Assembly: GCF_033153115.1 (NCBI RefSeq)
Contig: NW_026889808.1
Coordinates: forward strand, 744,001 to 808,000
Length of the DNA: 64,000 nucleotides
Direction of reading: 5' to 3'
Source: Saccostrea echinata
Lineage: Eukaryota
The position numbers and the translations under genes were made by a program. Shown here piece after piece: positions 37,801 through 51,200 of the stretch (its first letter is position 1; the number at the start of each line of letters is the position of its first letter). The notes beneath the pieces were generated by a model. It had not been told where the DNA came from. It ran no database searches and was given only the letters and a program-made list of their open reading frames with translations.

Positions 37801-40800
37801 CCAACGCGTCCAGAAATTCGAAGTTTTAATAACTTGTAGATGAAATAAGATTTTTATTATATTTTAGTATGAAATGCTATATCAACATATAAGTCATAAA
37901 ATCATACAGAAAATTTGAGAAAACATTAACTTCAAATCTGTGTCCAAGCACCTTTAACAATAAATACTAACATTTATTCTAATTGTTAGCCATCTTATTT
38001 ATTTGCCTTTCATATTTAACATTACTGTGGGAAAAACCCACAAATTTAACAAAAATTGTTACTTGAACTATACAACTAAAGCATTTCTCCAATTCCTTAA
38101 AAAGATGAAAAAAAATCTAGCATAAATTTATGTTACAAATTACTTATCAAACAGAATTTAGCCTAGTAAAGGCTAGTCAACTGTCAAGTACTGTAAGTCG
38201 TTTTAATTCCACGGTGTTAAAATTTCACAATTTCTCAAAGAGTACCAGCCGCGATGGTTTTAATTTCACGCTGCAAGAAATTAATTTAAATTTAAATTTT
38301 GTATAGGCATTTAAATGTTTTAAAAAAACTAATGATAGCATTCACGATGGCTTTAATTTCGTGGAAAAATGATGAATCGCGAACATAGTGAAATTAAAAC
38401 CATTGTGATTATTTGCCAGTCTACAGTATATGGGATGTAATTTTTATTTTTATTTCTGCATTAATTAAATTGATTAAATAAGTTTTATTATAATACATTT
38501 ATTCCTTTACCGTGTTAATTACATCCTGTATCAGCTGTAATTCCCCCATCAGTTTGAGGTCACTAGGTTTACTGGAGTTCAGGGACCCCACGGAATGTCT
38601 CTGTAGCACGGAGTCCGAGTCCAACAGCCGGTCAGACATCTTCCTCAATGTATCAGGAAGTTTATGGAAAACATCAAAGTCAGAGTGGACATCAAAAAAC
38701 TAAAAGAAAAATGTACTTCTGAATCAATTATTGAACCATAAACTTCAAAAGAAATATGTACAGAAAATTCTTGAAGTTTGCATGCATATGTATGTTTTAT
38801 AATAGACAATGAAAGGTGAAACTGCGGATGAATTATATTTAATTTATATTCAATAAATATATGAATCCACTGTAAAATGTCCACGTCATTTTAATGGATT
38901 CTGAAATCTGTTATGTCTATGTACTATTGTATTCTAGAGGTATGTATTTGAATACAGCTACAAATTATAATAAATAAAATTACCATATTTCAATGGAATC
39001 TAAATTCATTAAGACTGTATGCTCTTCTAGGAGTATGTACTTGAATGATAGACCATACTCAAAATTACCACATTATCATAAACGCAGAGTAAACAGCTTT
39101 AAATATTTACATTGTTATCCATGCCTGCATCAAGTAACAATGGGCTCTGATCAAAGAAAACACCCTGAAGTGTGTTCATCAGAGAGGCAATGTCCACCAT
39201 AGGAATATCCTACAATTAAAGGAAGAACTTTTATTGGTGACGGTCAAGACATCATTGTATCGTATATCTTAGTAAAGGAAAGGCTTTCATGTAGCAAGGT
39301 ACAACCAAAGCATTACATAAGAATTAACATCAGATGACTGTGTAAGTTAACTTCATTTTTCACCAAATACTTACTGTTTTTACAGGAAAGCGGGCCATGT
39401 TTTTGACAGTTAGTGGCTTATTCTTTAAGTCATTGTGTCCAAGAATTGAAACTAGTACATTAGCCTTAGGTCTTTTGAAGAAGGAATTCTGTGCAAGCCC
39501 ATTCCAGTTGACATCCTAATTTAAAGAATATAAATAGTCAAGAATGATAAAGTGTACACAAGCCATCTGCAGGCTGTCAGAAAATAGCATTTTAACTTCA
39601 CTAATTAGAAGGCATGGATTGTGCTGAATTAAAATAAAAATAAACAAGAGGCCCAAGGTCCTTAACGGTCACCTGAGTATAATACAACAATTTAGAAGTT
39701 AAATACACTGACAGATGAAGCTTTGTTGCCCAAAAGCAAGAGAAGTAGGAAGATCAGGATCAACAAAATAATTAGTCTAGTATTCAGTATCAACTCATAA
39801 CTTAAGTTCTAATCTGTCCCCCACTTAATATTATCACCATGCAGACTATTAACAAACTATTAGTGCTTCTGTACTATTTTTAAACCCATATTAAGACCTC
39901 TAGCATTGACCTCTCTTATGGTCTTTGAAGAACTTTTAATTAGATAAGTTATTTTTGTCTCATTTTTATTTATCTATTACTTACAGGTCTGCCTGATTAT
40001 TAAAACTAAGAAAGTACTTTTTGAATTATACGATAAACATTCTTGCATAATTATCTTATTCTATTAATCTTTCAAATACATTATTTACAGTGATTAATTA
40101 TCAAAGGTGAATGGAAAAGGGGAATAACTTCTCTCAGTAGAATACAAATTAATAGAGCCCTGTCCAGGACCAGAATGCTTAGACAAATGGTCCAGATGTT
40201 CAAAAATCTGGTAGAAATACGCTTACTTATATCATTTAAACTTTTACTCAGTTTGCTTTCGATATACCTAGAAGCAGAGAAGAATTTCACAGGTACAATG
40301 CATTTTCACTACAGATTCAACAAAGCCTTACCCTATCACCAGAACCCAAGACCAAAGGTCAAGAAATTTACAAATTTGGAAGAGTTACCCTCATCATCAT
40401 AACTATGGACTTCAAAGAATTAACACTTTTCCACTATATTATCAAAAGCCCCCCCCCCTTCCTCGTTATGCCAGAACCCCTGACCCTAGGACCACAAGAT
40501 TTAAAAATTCTGTTCGAAGCTCCCATCTTCATTATAGCTAAGCAATTTATTTATCAGCTCAACACTAAGGAGCATACAGGATTAGTTAATGATTAATTAA
40601 TAGAATATGCATTTTCACTATATAATCAATAGAGCCCCCCTACCCCCTCCTCAAGAACCCCAAAAACTGAGGCCATGTATTTAAAAATTTTGGAAGAGGC
40701 ATCCTTGCCTATCATAATCATGCACTTAGTTTGTTTAAATAATCTCCAGTAACAAAGAAGAAGATTTTCATAGAATCAATGCATTTTCACTATATAATCA

Positions 40801-42982
40801 ATAGAGCCTCGCCCTAACACCGGAACCCCTGACCCTGGGGCCATGAAATTCACAATTTTTAAAAAGGCATCCTTATGCATCATAACCATGCACTTAGTTT
40901 GTTTAAAAAATCTCCAGTAGCAGAGAAGAAGATTTTCAAAGAATCAATGCATTTTCACTATATAATCAATAGAGCCCCACCCTAACACCAGAACCCCTGA
41001 CCCTGGGGCCATGAAATTCACAATTTTTGAAAAGGCATCCTTATGCATCATAACCATGCACTTAATTTGTTTAAATAATACCCAGGAGCAGAGAAGAAGA
41101 TTTTCAAAGAAGAAATGCATTTTCACTATATAATCAATAGAGCCCTGCCCTAACACCAGAACCCGTGACCCAGGGGCCATGGCTTTCACAATTCTGGAAG
41201 GGGCCCACCTCCTCATCATAACTATTACTTAGTTTATCACCTTAATGCCCAGGAGCAGAGGAGAAGATTTTCAAAGAATTAATGCATTTTCACTATATAG
41301 TCGATAGAGCCCCGCCCTAACACCAGAACCCCTGACCCTGGGGCCATGAAATTCACAATGTGGGAAGAGGCTCTCTTGCTCATCATAACTATGTACTTAG
41401 TTACTTAATTTAATACCCAGGAGCAGAGAAGATTTTCAAAGAATTAATGCATTTTCACTAGATAGTTGATAGAGCCCCGCCCTAACACCAGAACCCCTGA
41501 CCCTGGGGCCATGACATTCACAATTTTGGAAGAGGCACTCTTGCTCATCATAACTATGTACTTAGTTACTTTACTAAATACCCAGGGGCAGAGAAGAAGA
41601 TTTTCAAAGAATTAATGCTTTTTCACTATATAATCTATAGAGCCCTGCCCTAACACCAGAACCCCTGGCCCTGGGGCCATGAATTTCACAATTTTGAAAG
41701 AGGCACTCTTGCTCATTATAACTATGTACTTAGTTACTTTATTTAATACCCAGGAGCAGAGAAGAAGATTTTCAAAGAATTAATGCATTTTCACTATATA
41801 ATCAATAGAGCCCCGCCCTAACACCAGAACCCCTGACCCTGGGGCCATGAATTTCACAATTCAGGAAGAGGCACTCTTGCTCATCATAACTATGTACTTA
41901 GTTACCTTATTTAATACCCAGGAGCAGAGAAGAAGATTTTCAAAGAAATAATGCACTTTCACTATATGATCTATATAGCCCCACCCTGGGGCCAGAACCC
42001 CTGACCCTGGGGCCATGAATTTCACAATTTTGGAAGAGGCACTCTTGCTCATCATAACTATGTACTTAGTTACTTTATTTGATACCCAGGAGCAGAGAAG
42101 AAGATTTTCAAAGAAGAAATGCATTTTCACTATATAATCAATAGAGCCCCGCCCTAACACCAGAACCCCTGACCCTGGGGCCATGAATTTCACAATTCAG
42201 GAAGAGGCACTCTTGCTCATCATAACTATGTACTTAGTTACTTTATTTAATACCCAGGAGCAGAGAAGAAGATTTTCAAAGAAATAATGCACTTTCACTA
42301 TATGATCTATATAGCCCCACCCTGGGGCCAGAACCCCTGACCCTGGGGCCATGAATTTCACAATTTTGGAAGAGGCACTCTTGCTCATCATAACTATGTA
42401 CTTAGTTACTTTATTTAATACCCAGGAGCAGAGAAGAAGATTTTCAAAGAAGAAATGCATTTTCACTATATAATCTATAGAGCCCCGCCCTTACACCAGA
42501 ACCCCTGACCTTGGGGCCATGAATTTCACAATTTTGGAAGAGGCACTCTTGCTCTTCATAACTATGTACTTAATTACCTTATTTAATACCCAGGAGCAGA
42601 GAAGAAGATTTTCAAAGAAATAATGCACTTTCACTATATGATCTATATAGCCCCACCCTGGGGCCAGAACCCCTGACCCTGGGGCCATGAATTTCACAAT
42701 TTTGGTAGAGGGCTCAATGCTTATTACAATGATGCCAACAGTTTGACTGCTTGATGTCCAGGAGTAAAGAAGAAGATTTTTAAAGATTGCATTATTTTTG
42801 GTGGTTTTAGCCCCACCCCTCAGGCCCCAGGGGGGCAGGGACCATGAAATTCACAATTTTTGTTCTCCTTCACCCATAGATGCTATATTCCAAATTTGGT
42901 TGAAATTGGTTCAGCGGTTTCAGAGAAGAAGCTAAAAATGTTCAAATGTTAACGCATGACATACGCCGACGGACGAGAACGG

Positions 42983-43022
<40 letters not shown>

Positions 43023-43893
43023 ATCAAAAGATATGAATAATGTAATTTTTCATAATTTTTCATATGTATCTTGCACTTGAGGAATTTTCATATTTCGTTC
43101 TTGTATATATCCCATATCTGTTTGAATTGACTATATTCAAGCTTTTTATGACCCATATTTACAGCCAAGTAGAAGCAGTTTCCCCTGAGAAATGTGTTCT
43201 TAATTTACCCAGAAAACATATTTTTCAAACTGATTTTGAAATATCATGTAAAATTCTTCCCGCAGTGGATGAAAAAGATTGCTTTTGAAATAAGGGTGAA
43301 AAGCACTGATGGCATTAATTATGTGACATTTTCTTCAATACCCCATCTGTTTGAACACCAAGCGTATGTGTGATGACATTAGGAACATTGCTGGTTGATA
43401 GCGGTTCCTTCTGTTCCTGGAATGTAACATAACTCGGGGCATGTGTGACCACTAACTCCTGTCCACAGCACACTCCTAAAATAAACCAGGAAAAAAAAAA
43501 TAATCTGTTATTGTAAACAAGTACATGTACACATGGTAAAACAAATCTAAATCTACACATTATTCGCACAGCGCAACATTCAGGAAAACAGCAATACAAT
43601 ATCAGGAATTTATTTTAAACTTAACCATAATCATAGGTCTTTACAACCTAGCAATGCTGATATACTTAATAAGGACCGGGTCAGGTGATGCGATCGTGAC
43701 AACCAAAGAATGCGATCTTCATCTCAAAATTTTTGTCCGAGAAAGTATTCTATCGACAAAATTTTTCTTCAAAACATACCAAGAATAGTTCTTAACAGCA
43801 TCATTAAATAATTATCGTAAAACACGAAATTTTACCTATAAAAATCAATATGTAAAATTGGAACACTAATAGTCCTTTTTCCCTGTCCGCCAT
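34899..43893 (-). CDS. ATP6AP2: V-ATPase accessory protein 2 / (pro)renin receptor homolog. Exons (- strand): 43893-43836, 43475-43342, 39515-39375, 39209-39111, 38699-38511, 37095-36946, 36071-35961, 35090-34899.
   Basis: Signal peptide MADREKGLLVFQFYILIFIGVCCG; WNGLAQNSFFKRPKANVLV; furin-type site VRKTRSL; C-terminal DYDENYPAIFNIILW..GMWNIDPGRDSIIYRMTTTRLKKD is diagnostic of ATP6AP2. GT-AG introns, phases consistent. Confidence 0.93.
35773..35976 (-). repeat. Degenerate ~90-bp triplication spanning the donor of the penultimate ATP6AP2 exon
   Basis: ctgttccttacatcaaatgccatcag (~35775), ctgttcctaccatttattgccatcag (~35864) and the real junction ctgttacttac|atccacggccatcag (35950-35975), with gcagtagtatgacct / gcagcagtatgacct between copies. 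Confidence 0.75.
36315..36714. mobile_element. hAT-type MITE (TAGGGATG...CATCCCTA)
   Basis: TIRs; flanks ttcacaac / aacacaac (degenerate 8-bp TSD). Confidence 0.7.
37171..37953. mobile_element. Fold-back (whole-length palindromic) element with TTAA TSD and AGG...CCT ends (Kolobok-type)
   Basis: ttaa|aggtgcttagacacagatttg ... caaatctgtgtccaagcacct|ttaa; arms remain complementary to a centre near 37560. Confidence 0.8.
38191..38426. mobile_element. Tc1/mariner-type MITE (TA TSD, CTGTA...TACAG)
   Basis: ta|ctgtaagtcg..ttaatttcac repeats..gtgaaattaaaacc..tctacag|ta. Confidence 0.7.
39642..43022 (-). mobile_element. Helentron/HINE-like element in ATP6AP2 intron 2 with a 168-bp satellite array (~40600-42900)
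   Basis: aaacaagaggccc..ggtcacctgagt at one end; hairpin aggtcacctgagt-g-actcaggtgacct at the other; monomer agaacccctgaccctggggccatgaatttcacaattttgg.. Confidence 0.85.
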
Positions 43894-43910
43894 TTTGACT
43901 GAGAACATGT

Positions 43911-43920
43911 GTCATGTGAC
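43911..43920. promoter_or_regulatory. M-box/CLEAR-like element GTCATGTGAC (candidate MITF/TFEB site) about 18 bp upstream of the ATP6AP2 ATG, with an overlapping CATGTG E-box at 43906-43911
   Basis: Sequence gagaacatgtgtcatgtgac. MiT/TFE factors bind TCAYGTGA in lysosomal and V-ATPase gene promoters. Confidence 0.6.
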
Positions 43921-45316
43921 CAAATGTCATTAATTTATGATAACTCGTACGTTTCTTGTTTCTCTTTTAAAGAAGAGAGAGAGAGAAACACGACCGAAAA
44001 AAGCCAGAAATTAAACTGCTTAGACGTCAAAGTATTTCAATTACAGAATTTATGTATGTAGACATCTATAGTTCAGTAGAATATAATTTTTAATCTATAT
44101 GTTGACCAGGCAAGGGGTTGCATAGTTTTTGAAAGGGAGGGCGGGGGGGGGGGGGGGGGGGGAGGGAGGCGGGTACTTTTATGAAAAACCCTTTCCAAGC
44201 AAAAATAAAAGTAATGCTAAAAGTATATTTAAAAAAAAAATAAAAATCCAAACTAGAAAAATCCGAGGGGGTGGGGTAGGGTGGAGATGGCGTGGGGGCC
44301 GCTAGGCTACAACTTTTCCGACAAAAACAATTTGAGAGATTTTTGCTTTACGGCAAAAAAAAAAAAAAAAAAAACGGGGATGGGGTTGGGTGGGTGGGGG
44401 TGAAGGCAACCGGCCTTTCAATGTACATTTTCAGATTAAATACGCAGTAAAAGACTATATCGAGAAAAAGTGGAGTGGCAGCCTCCCCCCCCCCCCCCGA
44501 CTCCCTATATATTACCTCCCTGCATGTCTCTGTAATAAAAAATATACCCCACAGGATAATTTCTTAGTAAGAAAAAAGTGCTTATAAATATGTGGAGGTT
44601 CATAAACAATATTCATTAAAGTTTTCGCTCTGTAAATTTCCGAACATTTCGAAAGAGAAAATACTTGAAATTTGGCATGATAATACTCTCAGTGAAACCA
44701 AAGCAAAAAGTAATTCTAGATCTGAAAATTCAGTGCTAAATTTAGTACATTAAATCTCACCAGAAAAACGGAAATAAAGCAACAATTGTTATATATAATT
44801 ATGTTTTGAAGTCTAATGATAATGAATATCAACTAATTCGTAACATTTTTAAAACTGAATTACCAACATGCTGAGCGCGACTACAATGCATGCGCAAAAT
44901 GCAAACTGTTTGATCCTTTGTCTTTTTCAATATGGCAAATATTACAATTTAAGATGTTTGGAATTAAGAAAAACTTTCGCAGAAAAAAAATTTCTTTCCA
45001 CAAATTTTATTCAAAAATAAATTTTGTTGTCATTGATAACCTTTGCAACAAAACAAACTTTTAAATAAAATTCGTTGAAAAGACAACAATTGATGCGAAT
45101 TCATATATACACGAAACTTTGAGAGACCCCAAGTATGTGTGCTTATTTATAGATATGGAATTGTTTGGGAATTTCAGCAAACCAAAAATAAGTTTTGAAA
45201 ATGATTGGCTCTTACCGCTACTGAATTTTTTTTTAAATTTAAAAATAGAACAATATTTGGTTATAACTACTGCATGTTGTAAACAATTGTGCTGAGACTC
45301 TACAGTACAACCAAAC

Positions 45317-46996
45317 ATGACCCTCTTAGTTGACGAGGAATTAGCATTATCAACAGACGAAATATCAAAGGAAACAGTTCCAGAACAATTAAAAACAAAA
45401 CGAAGAAGATGCCGAAAGTCCATCATTGTGTCTATTATGTCAGCAGCAGTATCCATGGTGACGTTTCTTGCTTTTGTGGGAGTTCTCGTCTATGTCCGAA
45501 ATGTTTTTAAGACATCTCTGGAAGATCACTGGAAATTGGTGAGTTTTCTATAAATAATGTATATATTAATTTGAATGGAAAAAATAATGACTTAATTAAA
45601 GTTATCAATTTTTAAACACTAGTTCAATTCCATAAATATCTTCCATTTCGTTATAGATGGAGACCCTTCCGCAATTTTCTCCTAATCTAAGAACTGAGAA
45701 TTGAAGTTTTTGCAGATTAAGAATTCATTGTTTATACAGATTACGGAAAGGGATAGTTTATAAACGTGATATTGTAACTATATTTATCATGTTTATATCT
45801 TTTCATAGCCACACAACACTCCAGCATATTCTCGGAACGAATCGTTTCACGGGAATTTTCCTGTGGCGTACATGGTTCTAGACACGACTTCGTTATCAGG
45901 TCAGTAGGCTATAGGAATTAAGATCAATCTTTCTTATTATGATTAAAAAATAAATTATTTTATCTATTAATTAAATATATATGCATACATCGATTGATTT
46001 TGCGGTTTGAAAAATAGATTATTCGTACAATGTAGTAGACCTTTAAAAAAAAAATGTGACCCTATCCCGTAAAAGAGTAAAAAATGCATGCCATGCAGTC
46101 ATGCGAAGAACACAGTTTCATTGTAAGTCACGTAGGCCTCTACTTGTTAGCATTTTTTCTGAGATATATGAGTTACGCACGGCTGAAGTTAGCTATTTTT
46201 TTCTGAGATAAGTGAGTTACGTATTTGTTGATGATTTTTCTGAGATGCATGTATGAGTTTTATATGTTACAATAGTTAACCTGTGTAATACTTACTTGGT
46301 ATATCTTAGTTGTATAAGAAGTTTCTAAAAATATACACGTAGCGATATTTGGGTGTTAGCGGGGGATTTCCTCGATACGTTTTTAAACAGCTTAGATATT
46401 AAAAGACACTGATATTAATTTTTTTTAAAATCTTTATGGGGTATTTGAATTAATCGGTTTATGATTTAAATGGCAATTCATTTGTACTTCACTTCGAAGA
46501 GTTTTATTATAGCTATTAAATTTTTATTAAATTAGGTATTTAAAAGCATTGGGTATTTTTTTTTTATTGGAAACAATTAAATCAACGGACATATACTTTT
46601 CATATCACCGTAGATGGACACGAGTTTCTAAGATGGAAAAATTACAAAAACCAGACATACACCAAGGGAGGACTAACGTACTCCAGTGGATTTTTTATAA
46701 TCCCCAAAAGTGGTTTTTACGACCTTCACTCGACACTGAGCATTGAGACGCATCTTAAGGCAGGCATGGGCGATGTCATGATTTACAGCTGCATTGTGAC
46801 GTCATCAGGAATTACCTTAGGCTGTAACCGAATGAGGCAGAAGAAGGGATGGGCAGGACATAGCGAAATCTTAGTGCTCTCCAGGTGGTTAGAGAAAGGG
46901 GAGAGAATCGGCGTGACTCTGGCACCAAAGTCCACGAAATCTCTGATACACGGCAACCCGACAGAAAACACCTTTGTAATCCGACAAATTAGATAG
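45317..46996 (+). CDS. TNF-superfamily ligand (type II membrane protein, about 231 aa). Exons 45317-45538, 45809-45899, 46614-46996.
   Basis: Basic stretch KRRRCRK then TM SIIVSIMSAAVSMVTFLAFVGVLVYV. THD pattern: PVAYMVL..FLRW..GGLTYSSGFFIIPKSGFYDLHSTLSI..WLEKGERIGVTL..NTFVIRQI*. Phases 0 and 1 match. Confidence 0.85.
46362..46371 (+). promoter_or_regulatory. Consensus NF-kB/Rel site GGGGATTTCC in intron 2 of the TNF-like gene
   Basis: Exact fit to GGGRNWYYCC; a single short motif that could be chance. Confidence 0.3.
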
Positions 46997-48212
46997 CATA
47001 CGTACATATTTTAAAAATCTTTTTAACCTTTCTTATTGCTTGTTATATGTTTTCCTGAATTCTTCTTAACAGAAGAAATTTAAAAACTAATAAAATGAAT
47101 TTATTTAGACTATGTTTTAATCACGAATACATGCATATGTATATATTATATGCCCATACAGTACCCATACATGTACCGAGCTCCGCCCACATGTCCTTCG
47201 TACACGTATCATTTATTTTAGTGCCCTTTATAATATAATAAAGTTATAAGTAATGACACGTCTTTGTATTTATTATTATTTTCAACTGTATAACATTCTT
47301 ATCAAAAGAAAATAAGGGAAAAGAAAACTCAGAAATTGATTTGGGATAAAAAGGACCGGCGGATTCAAGAATGTAAAAAAAATCTATTTGAAAGACAAAA
47401 AAGTTGTAGCAAATGATAAATTAAACAACTAATTAACTAGTGCACGTGCACTCAACTTTTAGCACAATCGTCATCTTCCACTGAGCAGCGCAATCATAAA
47501 TTAGGGCATTATAGTCTTTTAAATAACGAGTTGTGTTGGTTATAAATCACATAAATTAGTGAGCAAGAAGCAGCACGAATGGCGCTAAAATATAATTACA
47601 GCTAAAATTGGTCCGAATTAATCATCATCGGCAACAAAGACCAACTGCTAGCCAGGATTTCTAAAGATCAAGAGATGTAGATGTAGGATATTAGGCCTTG
47701 GATTGAAACCAGCACATACAGAATTAAACTAAAACTAAAAAGTTATTTAACTTTATCAGGATTTTTTTTTAATAATCACCGGTCCTAAACACAATGCGAT
47801 ACATCATTGTTAAAAAGAGAAATTCGACTTTTCAAGTAATTCACCAAAATATGATACTCAGTCCTTTTAAGCAAAATTGCCTACTCTTTAGGAGCCCTTG
47901 GACATAATGCAGTCGTTTCTTGTTGGAGCTTGATGCTACTGATATATTACAGTCGTTTTTCTCTTTATATTAATAAGAAGGGTGTTCTTATCCCACAGTT
48001 TGTTGTTAAATGTACCGACGATCCAGTGTGACCAGAGACTTAAAAAGTTGAACACACGAAAACTCTGACATTTAAATAAATCCAAAAAGAAAACAGAAAA
48101 TTTGTAACTTAAATGAAAATAATAAAATTGCCAGCCGAATATTTTTACCCTTCTAAAGCATATTACAAGTAGGAACACTAATTTATAGGGACGCAAGGCT
48201 TATACACCGATA

Positions 48213-51200
48213 ATGGGGCTGTGGCCATGTAGATTCTGTCTGGTACAACTGATTTTTCTACTGGCTTACTTTGAAGGTAAGCACTTTGCACACATATATG
48301 TCTGTCTAAAGTTGCGGTACATGTATATGCCTTTTTAGAACAACATCAAAAGCCCAGAGGTATTTCTGCTTTATAATTCTCTTCATATGGTTTCATAATT
48401 CACTATATACTCCTTTACATTTAGGATTAACATTTTATATCATTTTGAATAAATCCACTAACTGATTTTAAATCTTCAGTGATTCAATATGTAGAGAATC
48501 ATCAAATGAATTTTATATTTTAGAGGTCCATGTTTGCTCTGCGCCTAGTATGTATTGTACCAGTGGACTTTGTGCATGATTACTCTCCGTTATTTTAACA
48601 TTTCATACACATGTATACAACTAGTTGTGTGTTTTCTCTCCCCAAGTCTTTTAGGATACAATTACAAACTTAGGAAATTCTTTTTATCACATTTTTTTTT
48701 AAAAACTTAAATATAGTTTTATCCCAACTATATTTGTACCTATGACATCACAATGTGACGGAATAAAAAAGTTTGGAAAATAAGAAAAGTCTCCTCCGAC
48801 AGATATATATGTATTCAGTGTACGTTGAATAAACATTGATAAAATCTGTTAATTCCCACATTCACTAAAGTCGTAATACTCTTCTATTATACATGTACTA
48901 GCGAAGGGGACAAAACTCTGATTGTCCCAGGATCGATCCACCATTAAATGTACATGTAACTCAAAGTGCCATGATCATTGACATTCTCTGAATAATCTCT
49001 GATATTTGTTCTTAAGGATAAATAACACAAACTTTTGTTTCAGAAATCAGTGATATTGCTCATAGATTTATATTGAAATAGGTTACCTGAATAATAATTG
49101 CCGGGTAAAGTCTGAGATTTTGTTATAATGTTTAAATCAATTATGTGCAAAATTTAGTATATATAGAATTACACAGAAAACAACACAAAGTAGCATATAT
49201 CTAAGCACCAAAGAAAACTTCCGATTTCTTTATACATGTTGTATTTTAGGGATTTGTTATTTATGTCATTTCTATTCAAAATCAGTCAAAAAATATTTAT
49301 CAATTCGTGCATCAAAATTTTGTTTGTGTTATGTGTGATCTTTAAGAGTTAGGAATAGGCCTCTGCGCTCATGCAGTNNNNNNNNNNNNNNNNNNNNNNN
49401 NNNNNNNNNNNNNNNNNNNNNNNNNNNNNNNNNNNNNNNNNNNNNNNNNNNNNNNNNNNNNNNNNNNNNNNNNNNNNNNNNNNNNNNNNNNNNNNNNNNN
49501 NNNNNNNNNNCACTGTTCCTTTTCTTATAATTCTTTTTATTTTCTCCTATTACAGGGGCCCTGACAATCACTTGTAAGACGTTCTATTCCTCCAACAGCT
49601 CTCTGTTTTACTACGAGTATTGCTCTGTCGGTTGTTGTGGATCTGAACGAAGTCGGAAGTGCTGCTCCGCGGATAAGTAAGTCTGTGTAATGATTGAAAT
49701 CAATCTGGTTTTAACGCCCTTAAGCTTTTCTGTTTTACTCTGTGTTTTACAATATAAACTTGATTTATATCTCAAAGTAAAAAGTACAGACTTGTGTATG
49801 ACCTTGTATTGCTTCTCTTTGACAGCACGGGCGCCATCGTAGGCGGTGTGGTGGGGGCTCTGGTCTTCTTTCTCATTGTATCCGTGATGATGTTCATATG
49901 TTGGCAAAGCAACAAGAAATCAAAACAGCTTGTCGATGTAGAACCCGAAATAGGTATATGTTTGCAGAAATATATTTAATGTGCGTTTTATGCCGAAGAG
50001 GGAAGAAAAAGATATATGCTCGTGATTATGTGGCGAAATTGTACTATTGTGTTTGGAAACTAGCTCCAGAATGCCAAGGATTATCCGACAAAGCCTTGAA
50101 ATAATGAAGATGCTTGCAGGAAAACTGAAAAAATATTTGTATTGCTTCTAAAATCTGACATAAGTGTAAATATACATCTATTGTGCTTTTGAAACTGTAT
50201 CTCCGGAACTGAAATATAAGTACATGTACATAGAAGAGATGTTAATTCACTGTAGATCACTAAATTTTTGCAACACCTTTTTTTCGCGAGGTAGACATGT
50301 ACTTTTTATTGGCGAGACAAAATTTTCACGAATTGTGGTTACTACTGTATATAATCTTAAGGAATACTAATATACGCGATATTTTCGCGAGCACACTGTC
50401 TCGCGTAATTACGCGAAAATAAAGTTCTCGCGAATAAAAAGTGATTTACGGTACATTATCAAATATGCGCGAAAGCTAAGACGCGAGTCTATATATACTA
50501 AGCTGTAATAAATACATGAACTGAACTTGACACATGTCAGTGCATGCATATCCTAACATAGGATGAAACTAAACCACGCCATCCAGTCCAATGTATATTT
50601 AATGAAAGGTTTGGAAAGTTGACTGAATGGTAGAGCTCTGCAATTCAGTCAACTTTCAGTTAATTTTTAGTCTTTTTTTAACTTAACTGAATGGAATGCT
50701 TGATTTTGAGTAAAACTTGAGCTAAACTTTACATTATTTTATATATCTTTTATATGAAATATTTTCTTGTTGGGACGTCATCAACTTCCGTACTTGCATG
50801 GCAATTATGGTCAGTGAGCAATGAGTTTTTTTTTAACACTCTCATTCGAAGGACCAGTTTCCGTGTCCCTCTTTGGGATTGCAACTCGCAATCTGTTGCC
50901 AAATTAGTGTAAAAAAAAATTGGTGCCATGGGAAAATATTTGTTAAAATACGACCCATCGATGTGTTGTACGTTTGTATTTTCAAACAAGGTCATTTTAA
51001 AGACCACATAAATTGTGATATGCTTTTTAAAACGATTTTGTTGAAATCTTTGTAATATTAACTTGTTTGGTCACAATCCTTCATTGATTTGAAAATTGAT
51101 TGTACTCAGAAATTGCTCTTTATCGAATTAGTTAAGAGACATAAGCACCCTTTGCAGGCAATAGCTAGTACACTACTGCATACATAAGGGAAACAAAGTT

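Noticed and set aside
40944-42697. Repeated ORFs containing MAPGSGVL
   Set aside because: Translations of the 168-bp satellite (period divisible by 3).
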